64,000 nucleotides of DNA from an uncultured delta proteobacterium (GCA_963827685.1 CAWHBU010000004.1:384001-448000), one strand, 5' to 3'; positions 29,027 through 40,196 are shown, numbered from the stretch's first letter. Program-made: numbers and translations. Notes: generated from the letters alone by a model not told the origin.

Positions 29027-30601
29027 GTGATGAGGAATTTTGGAATGAAAAAGAAACATTCGAATGCCTCAAGTATACTGCGTCCCCTTATCGTTATTCT
29101 CTGTCTGACGATCGGCTCGTTTATGACAAAACCGCTTCTTGCTCAGGATAAGCTGACAGATCCATCAAAAACGTCTGTAAATCTGGCAGAAAAAAAAGCG
29201 GCAACACCATGTCCGGAGCCAAAACTGTCGGTTACCGAACACTTCATAAAGATCAACGGCAAAAAACTGAACTATACAGCCACCACAGGTTCGATCCAGT
29301 TGAAAGATGATGCAGGGAAAGTCAGAGCCAGCATGTTTTTCGTTGCTTATACGAAGGATAACGAAGAAGGTAAGTCCATACGTCCGATTACATTTGCCTT
29401 CAATGGAGGGCCAGGGGCATCCTCGATCTTCTTGCATCTCGGTGCCCTTGGCCCAAAACGTGTGGTGCTAACGGAAGATAAAGCTTTACCGCCGCCTTAC
29501 AAATTGGTGCCTAATGAGTACACGTGGCTTGCCTTTACCGACCTTGTATTTATTGATCCTGTGGGTACGGGTTATAGTCGTCCCGCTTCAGGGATCGAAC
29601 CAAAGGAATTTTACGGTGTAAAGGGAGACATCCGGTCGGTTGGAGAGTTTATCCGGATTTATTTGACAAGATATCAGCGATGGCTGTCGCCAAAGTTCAT
29701 TGCAGGAGAGAGTTACGGTACGACCAGGGCCGCGGGCCTTTCGGGCTACCTGCAGAATAAACTCGGTATTAATCTCAATGGAATCCTCCTTATTTCAGAG
29801 GTTCTGAACTTTCAGACAATTATATTCAGCCCCGGCAATGATCTGCCATACGTCTTATATCTACCCCCTTATACTCTTGCGGCCTTGTATCATCGAAAGC
29901 TATCTCCTGCGTTACAAGCGGATTTATCAAAAACCCGGGAAGAAGTTGAACAGTTTGCGCTGAACGAATATACCCTGGCATTGGCTAAAGGGGATGGGCT
30001 TTCTGATGGAGAGAAGAACAGAATTATTGAAAAATTGGTGGATTATACCGGCCTCTCAAAAACCTACATCAAGAATTCCAATTTACGTATTAGCACGGAC
30101 GCTTTTGTCAAGGAATTGCTCCGCAACCAGAACAGTCGAATCGGCTTGCTCGATTCGAGGATTACAGGGAGCTACAAGGTCCATGAATTCGCCGAAGACC
30201 CCAGCGTGTTTGTTGTGACCGGCCCCTTGGTCGCTACCTGGAATGACTACGTCAGAAACGGATTAAAGTATGTAACTGAAACGCCTTATGTAATTTTGTC
30301 CACGAAAGTGAATGAGTTATGGGATTGGGGATCCAGTACGGGAGGGCTTGGATACTTAGATGTAGCAAAAATATTACGACAGGCGATGAGTGAAAATAAA
30401 TTTTTAAAAGTCTTTATTGCGAGTGGTTATTACGACTTAGATACATCCTATTTTGCAACCAAGTACACCGTAAACCATTTAGGCCTTGACTCAAGCTTGC
30501 GGAATAATATCACCCTTACCTATTATGATGCAGGGCATCAAATGTACACCCATTTACCATCACTAAAGAAACTAACGACAGATGTAACCGAATTCTTATA
30601 G
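29027..30601 (+). CDS. Serine carboxypeptidase (peptidase S10)
   Basis: FNGGPG, IDPVGTGYS, GESYG, GYYD, AGHQMY. Confidence 0.93.
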   Translation: MMRNFGMKKKHSNASSILRPLIVILCLTIGSFMTKPLLAQDKLTDPSKTSVNLAEKKAATPCPEPKLSVTEHFIKINGKKLNYTATTGSIQLKDDAGKVRASMFFVAYTKDNEEGKSIRPITFAFNGGPGASSIFLHLGALGPKRVVLTEDKALPPPYKLVPNEYTWLAFTDLVFIDPVGTGYSRPASGIEPKEFYGVKGDIRSVGEFIRIYLTRYQRWLSPKFIAGESYGTTRAAGLSGYLQNKLGINLNGILLISEVLNFQTIIFSPGNDLPYVLYLPPYTLAALYHRKLSPALQADLSKTREEVEQFALNEYTLALAKGDGLSDGEKNRIIEKLVDYTGLSKTYIKNSNLRISTDAFVKELLRNQNSRIGLLDSRITGSYKVHEFAEDPSVFVVTGPLVATWNDYVRNGLKYVTETPYVILSTKVNELWDWGSSTGGLGYLDVAKILRQAMSENKFLKVFIASGYYDLDTSYFATKYTVNHLGLDSSLRNNITLTYYDAGHQMYTHLPSLKKLTTDVTEFL

Positions 30602-31115
30602 AAAAGCACTCCCTTTCCTTGAACAATAATTATCTTTTTTCTTTCGCGAGGCCTTACAAAATGGAAAAACCCATGAAGATAACGATGTGAGAAGGCCGGA
30701 GTTTTGATGAAGTAGGCATCTGATGATTCAAAAAATGAAGGATCGGATATTTAACTTATTTGGGATCAGGGTAGTCAGCTTTAAGCGACGATTAGAAGAA
30801 AGTGGGCTCATTCTTCAACTCTGTCGCTTACGGGATTTGCCTGTCTTACATTCGCTCATCTCCCCTGAGGTTCTTCACGAAGTGGCGAATATTGAATTTC
30901 AGGCCTTCCGTTCCCTATTCTTTTTTTGGAAATGGGTTATGACAACCTTCCAGGTGATTTATCTCATCAAGGTTGATGAAAATGGTGGGCACAGAATCAT
31001 TGGTTTTGTTGGACTCTATAACATGGAGTTAGGCCGAAGTTTAAGATTATCACTTGACCTTCCCCCGAGTTGATGGACACACCTGAGAATTTGTATCATT
31101 GGACAGGAGGTGCGT

Positions 31116-31412
31116 ATGGGGGAAAAGAATCGTCATTTCAGCCGTGAGTTCAAACGAGATGCAGTGCAGTTGGTCACAGAGAAAGGGATGCCGGTAGGCA
31201 AGGTGGCCCGAGAGCTTGATATCCATCCCAATCTTCTTCATCTATGGAGGAGGAGGTTCTTAGCTAAAGGGGATAAAGCCTTCGTAGGGAAGGGCCGTGT
31301 AACGCCAGAGGAAGCGGAAATAAAGGGGCTCCGGAAGGAATTAGAAAAGGTGAAGGAAGAGAGGGACATTTTAAAAAAAGCCTTGGCCGTATTCTCCAAA
31401 CGAAACAGATGA
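31116..31412 (+). CDS. IS3 transposase OrfA (HTH)
   Basis: FSREFKRDAV...VARELDI, EERDILKKA; A7G slippery site at 31373-31380. Confidence 0.93.
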   Translation: MGEKNRHFSREFKRDAVQLVTEKGMPVGKVARELDIHPNLLHLWRRRFLAKGDKAFVGKGRVTPEEAEIKGLRKELEKVKEERDILKKALAVFSKRNR

Positions 31413-32266
31413 AGTATCGGTTGATAGAAGAGCACAGAGAGACCTACAAGATAAGGAGTATGAGTGAAGTGTTGAAGGTATCCAGAAGTGGTTATTATGC
31501 GTGGAAGACGCGTCAACCGAGCACACGTCAGAAAGACGATGAGGAGTTGCTGGGGCACATACGGGAGATCCACACTCAAAGCAGAAGGCTCTATGGGAGT
31601 CCGCGGATCGCAGCGGAGCTCAATAAGCAGGGTCTTAGATGTGGGAAGAACCGGGTAGCCAGGATCATGAAAGAGCACTCCATATGGGCAGAAGTGAAGA
31701 AAAAGAGATTCAGGCGGACTACCGATTCACGGCATCATTATGCCTTGGCTGCAAACTTACTGATTGACCAGAGGCAGACAGAGGGGGTATGGGCATCTGA
31801 TATTACGTTTGTGCCCACTTCTGAGGGATGGCTCTATGTGGCAGCAGTGATGAATGTGAAAAGCAGAAAGATCATTGGGCTGTCCATGAGCGATAAGCTC
31901 TCTCAGGAGCTAGCTTCTGCTGCGCTCAGGGACGCGGTGGGCAGGCAAAGCCCCTCTGAAGGGTTGATCCACCATTCTGATCGAGGCAGGCAGTATGCAA
32001 GCTATGCCTATCAGGAGCTTTTAAGAGAATACGGCATGACTCCTAGTATGAGCAGAAGTGGCAATTGTTATGATAATGCCTATGTGGAGTCTTTCTTTGG
32101 CACGCTCAAGACGGAGTTGGTCCATGGTGAGCGGTACCGTTCAAGGCTGGAGGCGAGGCTTAGTATTTTTGAGTACGTGGAAGTGTTTTATAATCGTCAG
32201 AGGAGTCATTCGGCATTAGGGTACAGGAGCCCAGAGCAGTATGAAAAGCTCCTTAATGAAACTTAA
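31409..32266 (+). CDS. IS3 transposase OrfB (DDE integrase core)
   Basis: WASDIT, HHSDRGRQY, GNCYDNAYVESFFGTLKTE. Confidence 0.95.
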   Translation: MKYRLIEEHRETYKIRSMSEVLKVSRSGYYAWKTRQPSTRQKDDEELLGHIREIHTQSRRLYGSPRIAAELNKQGLRCGKNRVARIMKEHSIWAEVKKKRFRRTTDSRHHYALAANLLIDQRQTEGVWASDITFVPTSEGWLYVAAVMNVKSRKIIGLSMSDKLSQELASAALRDAVGRQSPSEGLIHHSDRGRQYASYAYQELLREYGMTPSMSRSGNCYDNAYVESFFGTLKTELVHGERYRSRLEARLSIFEYVEVFYNRQRSHSALGYRSPEQYEKLLNET

Positions 32267-32533
32267 CTATATGTCCACTTTTTCAGGGGAAGGTCAACTC
32301 GCAGTATTTAATCCTGAAGAAAGAAGACGAGGATACGGAGAAAAAGCTCTGAGGCTTCTTCTCAATCTCCTTCAAAAGAATGGTGCAGCGGCGACGGTCT
32401 ATGCCGAAATATTGAAAAACAATGTACCATCTTTACGCCTTTGTATAAAGCTTGGTTTTAAAGTTAAGAGACTATATCAGGGCAGATTCTTACTCGAAAA
32501 GGATCAAAAAATGAAAGCTCAGGAGGGACGATC

Positions 32534-32824
32534 ATGAGTTACAGAACCTTCAAACGATCGATTGCTTTGATGGTGATGCTTCTGATCGCCATGGTTTGGG
32601 CCAAGGCAAGCGGGGCGCACGTTCAGGCAAATGGGCCTGGTGAACAGAGCGAGTTGGATCAACTTTTCAAAAAAGCCCGACAAAACTTTCTAGGAAAGAA
32701 ATTCAAGGACGCCGCGACTGACATCCGAAAGGGGGAATCCTTCAGGTATACGGATACATTACCAAGGTGCGGAAAAAACAAAAAGCAAGTAGAAACTGAG
32801 GGGGGAATTTTCAATGATGGATAG
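32534..32824 (+). pseudogene. Truncated paralog of the secreted helical protein at 35352-36002
   Basis: FKKARQNFLGKKFKDAATDIRKG aligns with FEKAHEFFLKKDLKAAASEIRKG, then diverges. Confidence 0.6.
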
Positions 32825-33512
32825 CAGCGCTATCAGTGAGAACGGCTGGAAAGAGCAGGCAGCAGAGGTCTCTGTTTTTCTTTTCCTCATCATACCCTCT
32901 ATGGCCCTCTCCTTTTTCGCCATTAAGCAAGGAAGCCTGAACTTTGTGCTTGTCGCAATTTCAGTCATTCTTCGTGACCTTGCCCTGGTCAGTCTGATTC
33001 TCTTTTTTATCTGGCGTAACAATGAGTCCGTTACTTGGATTGGATGGACATTCAAAAACGCTTGGAAAGAGATAGGTTTAGGCATTGGGCTTTACATCCC
33101 CTTTTTTATTGCTGCTGGATTCTTTGAGAATGCGTTACGGGCGGCGGGGTTCTCTGTCTCGGCAACACCATTGCCTTCATTTATGGCCGCCAGGGGCATG
33201 GTAGAATTTTTGCTGGCCGCTATCCTGGTGGCGGTTGTTGCCCTGGCAGAGGAGACCATCTTCCGTGGCTACCTTATACTGCGCCTGAAGGCAGTCACGG
33301 TAAATTCAACTGCGGCGGTGCTGCTATCTGCGGTAATCTTTTCACTCGGACACGGTTATGAAGGATCGGCTGGGGTTGTAACCATCGGTGTTATGGGGAT
33401 AGTCTTTGCCCTTGTCTACATGTGGCGACAGAGCTTAATTGCTCCCATTGTGATGCACTTCCTCCAGGACTTTATCGGCATCGTCCTCTTGCCTTTGCTC
33501 AAAATGAAATGA
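32814..33512 (+). CDS. CPBP (Abi/CAAX type II) intramembrane metalloprotease
   Basis: AEETIFRG, FSLGH, PIVMHFLQD. Confidence 0.92.
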   Translation: MMDSSAISENGWKEQAAEVSVFLFLIIPSMALSFFAIKQGSLNFVLVAISVILRDLALVSLILFFIWRNNESVTWIGWTFKNAWKEIGLGIGLYIPFFIAAGFFENALRAAGFSVSATPLPSFMAARGMVEFLLAAILVAVVALAEETIFRGYLILRLKAVTVNSTAAVLLSAVIFSLGHGYEGSAGVVTIGVMGIVFALVYMWRQSLIAPIVMHFLQDFIGIVLLPLLKMK

Positions 33513-33638
33513 TCCAGGACTAAAAAAGGCTAAAGCAGAAAGATCATAGAAGAAAGGACGGGTTCAAATGAGATTGGTTGAAGGAAAGACTGAAACTAAC
33601 CTAAGACAAAGGATAAGCATTCATGAAAGGAGAAAAAT

Positions 33639-34106
33639 ATGATTTCAAAAATTCTTGTGGCTACAGATGGTTCGGAGACGGCTTTAAAGGCAAGTAGATA
33701 CGCCATCCAGCTTGCCAAACAGTTAGGCGCCTCAATAACTATACTGGGTGTGATTGACAATCGATCCCTGACAAACTACTACATGGTTCCTCCTGAGGCG
33801 ACACCCATTCATATCGTAGAACCTGTGCAGGATTTCCTCAGAGAAGTGGCTAAAAGGGATGTAGCGGTAGTTAAAAAGCTCTGCGATAAAGGAGGCGTTC
33901 CATGTCAAACAATCATCTCCTCAGGCCATCCTGCCGAAGAGATTGTAAAAGTGGCGGAGCGGTCAAGATCTCATCTTATCATTCTGGGTTCTCATGGAAA
34001 AGGGGCGCTTGCCGCTGTATTCCTTGGAAGCGTGACCTACGGCGTCATCCATAAAGAAACGCATATCCCTGTCTTAATTGTACGGAGAGGAGGGAAGAAT
34101 AAATGA
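33639..34106 (+). CDS. Universal stress protein
   Basis: KILVATDGS, GSHGKG, LGSVT, PVLIVR. Confidence 0.95.
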   Translation: MISKILVATDGSETALKASRYAIQLAKQLGASITILGVIDNRSLTNYYMVPPEATPIHIVEPVQDFLREVAKRDVAVVKKLCDKGGVPCQTIISSGHPAEEIVKVAERSRSHLIILGSHGKGALAAVFLGSVTYGVIHKETHIPVLIVRRGGKNK

Positions 34107-35221
34107 ACCGACATACGATTCCATTAGGACGCATTCTGGGTATCCCCATTGGGCTGGACTATTCCTGGTTTTTGATTTTTGTGCTTATTACCTGGACGAT
34201 GGCCGTTGGCTACTACCCGGCTGAATTTAAGAACTGGCCTGTAGTGCAGTACTGGATCGTGGGAGCGATAACAGCCATCATGCTTTTTGTGAGCGTGCTG
34301 CTCCATGAACTGGGACATTCAGTGGTGGCAATGCATTACAAAATCCCGGTGCGAAGCATTACACTGTTTATTTTCGGTGGTATATCCCTAATTGGGACCG
34401 AACCAGCCAGCGCCACGGCCGGATTCTGGATTGCCATCGCCGGCCCCGTTGTGAGTTTTGCTTTGGCAGCCCTTTTCAGCCTGACGCAGCCTTTCTTCGC
34501 CGGTTTTGCTTCGCTACTGGCCTTGTTCAAATATCTAATCTATATCAACGTCGCTCTGGGCCTGTTCAATCTCATTCCAGGCTTTCCCCTGGACGGAGGT
34601 GGTGTCTTACGAGCCATTGTCTGGGGTGTCACCCACAACATGCGCAAGGCCACTCTCATCGCTGCCAATGTGGGGCGATTCATCGCCTACCTCTTCATCT
34701 TCTTCGGTGTGTGGCAAATGTTTGGGGGCAACTTCATCAACGGTCTGTGGATTGCTTTCATCGGTTGGTTCCTGGAGAGTGCCGCAAAAGGGCAGGTTCA
34801 ACAACTGGCACTCCAGAATGTGTTGGCCGGCCATAAAGTGTCCCAGGCGATGAATCGGCAATATACAGCCATACCCGCAGACACGACGTTGCAACGTTTG
34901 GTGGACGATCATATTTTAGGGAGCGGCCGCCGGAGTTTCGTCGTCAAACGGGGTGAAGCGGCTATCGGCTTGTTGACTTTACATCACTTCAAGGAAATAC
35001 CACGTTCGGACTGGCCGACCATGACAGCCACCCAAGCGATGGTACCATTGGAGCAAACGAAACGGTTGCAGCCCGATGAAGAACTATGGGCAGCCTTACA
35101 AGAGATGGACCGCGATGGAGTCAATCAACTTCCCGTAATGGTGAATGGGCAAATTCAGGGCATGCTCAGCCGGGAGGATGTCATTAGCTATCTGCGCACG
35201 TTGCGGGAACTCGGTGTTTAG
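34103..35221 (+). CDS. Site-2 protease (M50) with CBS pair
   Basis: HELGH, AGP, FNLIPGFPLDGG, C-terminal CBS. Confidence 0.95.
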   Translation: MNRHTIPLGRILGIPIGLDYSWFLIFVLITWTMAVGYYPAEFKNWPVVQYWIVGAITAIMLFVSVLLHELGHSVVAMHYKIPVRSITLFIFGGISLIGTEPASATAGFWIAIAGPVVSFALAALFSLTQPFFAGFASLLALFKYLIYINVALGLFNLIPGFPLDGGGVLRAIVWGVTHNMRKATLIAANVGRFIAYLFIFFGVWQMFGGNFINGLWIAFIGWFLESAAKGQVQQLALQNVLAGHKVSQAMNRQYTAIPADTTLQRLVDDHILGSGRRSFVVKRGEAAIGLLTLHHFKEIPRSDWPTMTATQAMVPLEQTKRLQPDEELWAALQEMDRDGVNQLPVMVNGQIQGMLSREDVISYLRTLRELGV

Positions 35222-35351
35222 CCCGATGGTCTGGCTTTTGAGGCCGTGCTGATGCAGCAGCCGAACCTCAATCCGTAAATTCAATTGGGGAATTGGATGT
35301 TCTGAAGAAAGATGTCATCAAGATGAAAGGAAATAAAGGAGGTATAAAAAT

Positions 35352-36002
35352 ATGCGCCGCAAAACATTTTTGTTGCCAATCATATTCATGTTTCTTTTGG
35401 TTATCAACTGTGCTTTTGCACCAGTGACAAAAGCCCAAACCACTCAAAAATCAAGTATGGAAGTGGAAGAACCGAAATCCCGATTTGAGAAAGCCCACGA
35501 GTTTTTTCTCAAGAAAGATTTGAAAGCAGCAGCCTCTGAAATTCGAAAAGGTGTGGCATTCCTAAAGCAAGAAGCTCGAAGTGCAGCAAAGGATGGAAAG
35601 AAAGACCTAACGGCATCAATTCACGAATTGGAAAAACTGGCAAATGAAGTTGAAAAAGGGGCTGTAACCTCTGAAAACAGGCTAAAGGATGCCTTCGCGA
35701 GAGCTCATCAGGCTTTAGCTAATCACCATTACCTAAAAGCCTCTGAATATTGGGCTAAGAAAGAGGAAAAGAAGACAGGCCACGCACTTAAATCTGCAGC
35801 CATCCATTTCGAACACGCCGCGGTTTGGTCCGGCCATAAATTTGAAACGGGGGAAGATATTGTTATTAAAGACATACACACAGTGGCTGGTAAATTGGTA
35901 GAAGGCAAGAAGTTAACCGAGGAACAGGTTAGCAAGGGGATCAAGGACATAGGAAGTGAGATTTCAAAGCTCGGCAAAGAGACCAAACCTAAGAATAAGT
36001 AG
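35352..36002 (+). CDS. Secreted alpha-helical hypothetical protein
   Basis: AAGGAGGT RBS, signal peptide, Ala/Lys/Glu-rich helices. Confidence 0.75.
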   Translation: MRRKTFLLPIIFMFLLVINCAFAPVTKAQTTQKSSMEVEEPKSRFEKAHEFFLKKDLKAAASEIRKGVAFLKQEARSAAKDGKKDLTASIHELEKLANEVEKGAVTSENRLKDAFARAHQALANHHYLKASEYWAKKEEKKTGHALKSAAIHFEHAAVWSGHKFETGEDIVIKDIHTVAGKLVEGKKLTEEQVSKGIKDIGSEISKLGKETKPKNK

Positions 36003-36090
36003 TGTAAATTATATTTGATATTTTAACGAGGATCTCTGGAAAAATTAGGTACTGGGCTAGGGAAAGAACATTTGGAAAGGAGTCGCCGTC

Positions 36091-37521
36091 ATGAAAAATC
36101 AAGGATGCGATATCGGGTTGATAGGCCTGGGGGTGATGGGACGGAACCTGGTCTTAAACATGGCTGATGAAGGGTTTTCGGTGGCCGTATACAATCGGAC
36201 TATTGAGAAGACGCAGGTGTTCATCAAAAATGAAGTGGGAGGACGGGACATCCGGGCCGGCTATGCTTTGGCGGAGTTCGTAGGCTTACTCCGGAAACCG
36301 CGGGCCATTGTGATGCTAGTCAAGGCGGGTCCCCCGGTGGACGCTGTCATCGAGAGTCTTCTCCCTCATCTCGAACACGGCGATCTCCTTATCGACGGAG
36401 GCAATTCTCACTTTCCTGACACGAACCGGCGAACCAAATCACTGGCCGAAAAGGGGTCCCTCTACATGGGGATGGGTATTTCCGGAGGAGAGTATGGCGC
36501 CCGTCATGGTCCCAGCATGATGCCTGGGGGACCAAAGGAAGCCTATGAGAGGGTGCGACCAATCTTAGAAGCGGCTGCGGCAAGGGTAAACGGCGAGCCG
36601 TGTGTGACCTACCTTGGGCCCGCCTCGGCAGGACATTACGTGAAGATGGTTCATAATGGAATTGAGTATGGTCTAATGGAGTTGATCGCAGAGACTTACG
36701 ACTTGATGAAACGGGGCCTGGGTTTGACGAACGATGAACTCCACACCCTTTACGACCAGTGGAATCGGGCAGAACTGAACTCTTACTTAATGGAAATTAC
36801 TGCGAACATTTTCTTGCAGCCAGATGATAAGACGGACAAAAGGCTGATTGATGCGATCCTTGATCAAGCCAAACAAAAAGGCACCGGCAAATGGACATCT
36901 TGGGATGCCATGGATCTACAGGTGGGAACGCCGACGATTGATGTAGCCGTGGTAGCTCGAGATTTGTCCGGTTATAAGGCCGAACGGGAGGCAGCGAGTA
37001 AGGCGCTGAAGGGACCTAAGATCACTTTCCGAGGAGACAGGAAGGCTTTCATCGGCCAGCTCAAGAATGCCCTTTACGCCGCCACTATCATTACCTACGC
37101 TCAAGGTATGGCCTTGCTGAAACAAGCCTCCGATGCTTACGGTTATGGTCTGAATTTGGAGGCGGTGGCCAGGATCTGGCGTGGCGGTTGCATCATTCGA
37201 GCGGCCCTCCTTGAGGATATCCGGACGTCTTACCAAAAACAGCCGGGACTCGTAAACCTGCTCATGGATCCACATTTAAGCAAGGAGGTGATGGCACGGC
37301 AGGGAAACTTGCGCGAGGTAGTTTCTGTTGCGGCTAACTTAGGCCTGCCTGCACCTGGGCTGATGGTGTCGCTGGCCTATTTCGACGCTTATCGCAGCGC
37401 ATGGCTACCAGCCAACCTGACGCAGGCCCAGCGAGATTACTTCGGGGCCCACACCTACGAACGGATGGACGAAAAGGGGGTTTTTCACACCCAATGGGGT
37501 CAATCTCGGGAGGGCAAATGA
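36091..37521 (+). CDS. gndA: 6-phosphogluconate dehydrogenase (decarboxylating)
   Basis: GLIGLGVMG, DGGN, VKMVHNGIEY, QAQRDYFGAHTY. Confidence 0.97.
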   Translation: MKNQGCDIGLIGLGVMGRNLVLNMADEGFSVAVYNRTIEKTQVFIKNEVGGRDIRAGYALAEFVGLLRKPRAIVMLVKAGPPVDAVIESLLPHLEHGDLLIDGGNSHFPDTNRRTKSLAEKGSLYMGMGISGGEYGARHGPSMMPGGPKEAYERVRPILEAAAARVNGEPCVTYLGPASAGHYVKMVHNGIEYGLMELIAETYDLMKRGLGLTNDELHTLYDQWNRAELNSYLMEITANIFLQPDDKTDKRLIDAILDQAKQKGTGKWTSWDAMDLQVGTPTIDVAVVARDLSGYKAEREAASKALKGPKITFRGDRKAFIGQLKNALYAATIITYAQGMALLKQASDAYGYGLNLEAVARIWRGGCIIRAALLEDIRTSYQKQPGLVNLLMDPHLSKEVMARQGNLREVVSVAANLGLPAPGLMVSLAYFDAYRSAWLPANLTQAQRDYFGAHTYERMDEKGVFHTQWGQSREGK

Positions 37522-39054
37522 ATGATGTCATTGTCATCACAGCATGAACCAACGGTGATCGTTATTTTTGGTGCGTCGGGTGACTTGACGCAGCGCAAAG
37601 TCGTGCCGGCGCTCTATAATCTTTTTTTGGACCGCTGGCTGCCAGAAAGGTTCGCTCTAATCGGGTTTGCTCGAACCTCATTTACGGAGGCCTCTTTTCG
37701 CGAACATCTCCGCCAAGGGGTAGACCAGTTCTCCCGCCGTGGCAAGGCCCATGATAATGACTGGCAGGACTTCACTCGACACCTCACCTACATCGCGGCC
37801 GACTATGATGACAGCGCTGCCTATGACACCCTGGTCAATCACCTCTCAAAGTCAGACAAAGAGTGGGACACTACCGCGACTCGCGTTTTCTACTTGGCTA
37901 CACCCCCTGCAAAGTTTGAAGTTATCGCCCGACAATTGGACAAGGCCAGGCTGTCCGGCGACCGGAAGCGGACTCGCATTGTCGCGGAAAAGCCCTTTGG
38001 GCGAGATCTGGCATCAGCCCGCACTCTAAACCACACGCTCACCACTGTCTTTGACGAATCCCAGATTTACCGGATAGACCACTACCTGGGGAAAGAGACA
38101 GTGCAAAATATCCTGGCCCTGCGTTTCGCCAATGCCCTGTTTGAGCCGATCTGGAACCGACGTTACATTGACCACGTTCAGATCACGGTGGCAGAGGACG
38201 TTGGGGTCGAGCATCGAGGTGGTTACTACGACCATGTCGGAGCCATGCGCGATATGGTGCAGAATCATCTTCTGCAGGTTCTATGCCTGATCGCTATGGA
38301 AGCGCCTGTTTCTTTCGACGCGAATGAGATTCGCAATAAAAAGGTGGATGTGCTCCACGCAATCCGCCCCTTATCCCAGGAGCGGATGGATCAATTCGCC
38401 GTGCGGGGGCAGTATGGGGCAGGCTGGATCGAGGGGCAGCGTGTTCCCGCCTATCGTGAGGAATATGGCATAACCTCTGATTCCTCCACCGAGACTTTTG
38501 CCGCCCTTAAGCTGTGTGTGGATAACTGGCGTTGGCAGGATGTGCCATTCTATCTGCGCACGGGCAAACGCTTGCCTGGCAAGGTTTCGGAAGTCTCAAT
38601 CCAATTTCGCCCTGTGCCACACCAATCCTTCCCATCCTCGGCGGTCACAGGCTGGCAACCGAATCGTCTGGTGATCCACATTCAACCGGAGGAAGGTACC
38701 TTGCTTCGTATCCAAGCCAAGCAGCCAGGGCTAAGGATGCACTTGAACCAGGTAGATATGCGTTTCACCTACCACGAAGCTTTCCAAGTCCCTTCCCCAG
38801 AAGCTTACGAAACTCTGCTCTTGGATACCATACTGGGAGATGCGACGCTGTTTATGCGCGCTGACCAGGTGGAAGCTGCCTGGTCTGTAGTGACCCCCAT
38901 CCTGGAAGGCTGGCAAGCGGCGACGCCCGTCGCCTTCCCCAACTACCAGGCCGGTACATGGGGGCCTGATTCAGCCAAAATGCTGATTGCAAGGGATGGA
39001 CGCAGTTGGTTGTTGCCTACCGTCCTGGAGAACCGCAAAGGGGACAGATCGTGA
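37522..39054 (+). CDS. zwf: Glucose-6-phosphate 1-dehydrogenase
   Basis: GASGDL, EKPFG, RIDHYLGKE, RDMVQNH. Confidence 0.97.
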   Translation: MMSLSSQHEPTVIVIFGASGDLTQRKVVPALYNLFLDRWLPERFALIGFARTSFTEASFREHLRQGVDQFSRRGKAHDNDWQDFTRHLTYIAADYDDSAAYDTLVNHLSKSDKEWDTTATRVFYLATPPAKFEVIARQLDKARLSGDRKRTRIVAEKPFGRDLASARTLNHTLTTVFDESQIYRIDHYLGKETVQNILALRFANALFEPIWNRRYIDHVQITVAEDVGVEHRGGYYDHVGAMRDMVQNHLLQVLCLIAMEAPVSFDANEIRNKKVDVLHAIRPLSQERMDQFAVRGQYGAGWIEGQRVPAYREEYGITSDSSTETFAALKLCVDNWRWQDVPFYLRTGKRLPGKVSEVSIQFRPVPHQSFPSSAVTGWQPNRLVIHIQPEEGTLLRIQAKQPGLRMHLNQVDMRFTYHEAFQVPSPEAYETLLLDTILGDATLFMRADQVEAAWSVVTPILEGWQAATPVAFPNYQAGTWGPDSAKMLIARDGRSWLLPTVLENRKGDRS

Positions 39055-39447
39055 TTCAAATATATTCCGTCCAAGAATCGATTAGCTGTGTTCCATCAAT
39101 GATTGCCCTTGGTCTCGTCCATTCTCAAAAAATCCCCCATGGACACGGCCATCCGTTTTGGGCCCGCTTGACGGTTCTCTATACCGATCCTTTTTCTTCA
39201 CCACGCTCCTTCACCAGCAGCATGAGCCTTGTGTCAACCTGTTGTCCAATGCCATCAAACTCACAAGACTTAAACAGTGGCTTTAGTGAAAAAGGGATAT
39301 GGGTTTTCATACCACCTCCGAGGGCATAATGGGCATGGTAAAAGAAAGGAAAATGTTAGAACAAGAAATCTATTTATGCTAATCTATCAAATCACACTGT
39401 CGCGCTATGCGCATCGGTATCAAAATTAACCAAAAGGAGGAACGAAA

Positions 39448-40107
39448 ATGAGAGTTAAGGAAATGATGACAAAGAATCCCGTTACAATTGAACCTGACAC
39501 ATTGGTTTTGGATGCTCGAAGGATAATGAAAGAAAAAAATATCCACAGGCTTCCTGTGATTGAAAAAGGCAAATTGATTGGAATTGTCACTAAACATGAC
39601 CTCCTCGATGCTGCGCCTTCACCTGCTACACCGGTGAGCGTCCATGATCTGAACTACCTTCTTTCGAAAATGAAGGTGAAGGAGATTATGAAGAAAAATC
39701 CGCTGACCGTCACTCCAAATACCCCTTTTGAAGATGCCTTAAGGATCGGACAGGAGAAAAAAATTGGTTCATTTCCTGTAGTAGAAAACGGAAAACTAGT
39801 CGGCATTACAACCGAGTCGGACATCGTCAGGTATCTGATCCATGCCTTAGGCATTCACGAGGAAGGATCAAGAATCACGATTGTGGGATTGGGAGAAAAG
39901 TTGGGGGAACTCGAGAAGATTATTTCGATTACCAATCAAAATAAGACGATGATTTTAAGTATGATTGTTCTGCCCCGGCGCAAAAAGGGTGACTGGATGA
40001 TCGAGCTTCGATTAAACACGAAAAATCCAAAAAAAATCATACAAAATTTCAAGAAAGACGGGTTTAATGTAACCTGGGCTGTAGCCCCTGTAAAGGAAGA
40101 ATGGTAA
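39448..40107 (+). CDS. CBS pair + ACT-like domain protein (AcuB-like)
   Basis: MTKNPVTI, IHRLPV, GITTESDI; AAGGAGG RBS. Confidence 0.88.
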   Translation: MRVKEMMTKNPVTIEPDTLVLDARRIMKEKNIHRLPVIEKGKLIGIVTKHDLLDAAPSPATPVSVHDLNYLLSKMKVKEIMKKNPLTVTPNTPFEDALRIGQEKKIGSFPVVENGKLVGITTESDIVRYLIHALGIHEEGSRITIVGLGEKLGELEKIISITNQNKTMILSMIVLPRRKKGDWMIELRLNTKNPKKIIQNFKKDGFNVTWAVAPVKEEW

Positions 40108-40143
40108 ATGGATGTTTTTGAGGTCAGGTGCAGGAATAGCGGA

Positions 40144-40181
40144 GGGTGGTGGACACCAGTCTGTCCAGCCCACCCGGTTTT
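40144..40181 (+). terminator. Probable intrinsic terminator
   Basis: GGGTGG-TGGACA-loop-TGTCCA-(GC)-CCACCC then GGTTTT. Confidence 0.5.
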
Positions 40182-40196
40182 GTTGAGCTTGGCTAA

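Larger units (their letters stand above)
31055..32296 (+). mobile_element. IS3-family insertion sequence (1242 bp)
   Basis: TG...CA ends; IRs TGACCTTCCCCCGAGTTGATGGACA / TGACCTTCCCCTGAAAAAGTGGACA; 3-bp target duplication ACT (31052-54, 32297-99). Confidence 0.96.
30723..32537 (+). pseudogene. GNAT (RimJ/RimL-like) acetyltransferase interrupted by an IS3-family element
   Basis: Removing the IS and one ACT copy gives in-frame ...LRLSL-AVFNPEERRRGYG...NVPSLRLCIKLGF. Confidence 0.88.
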
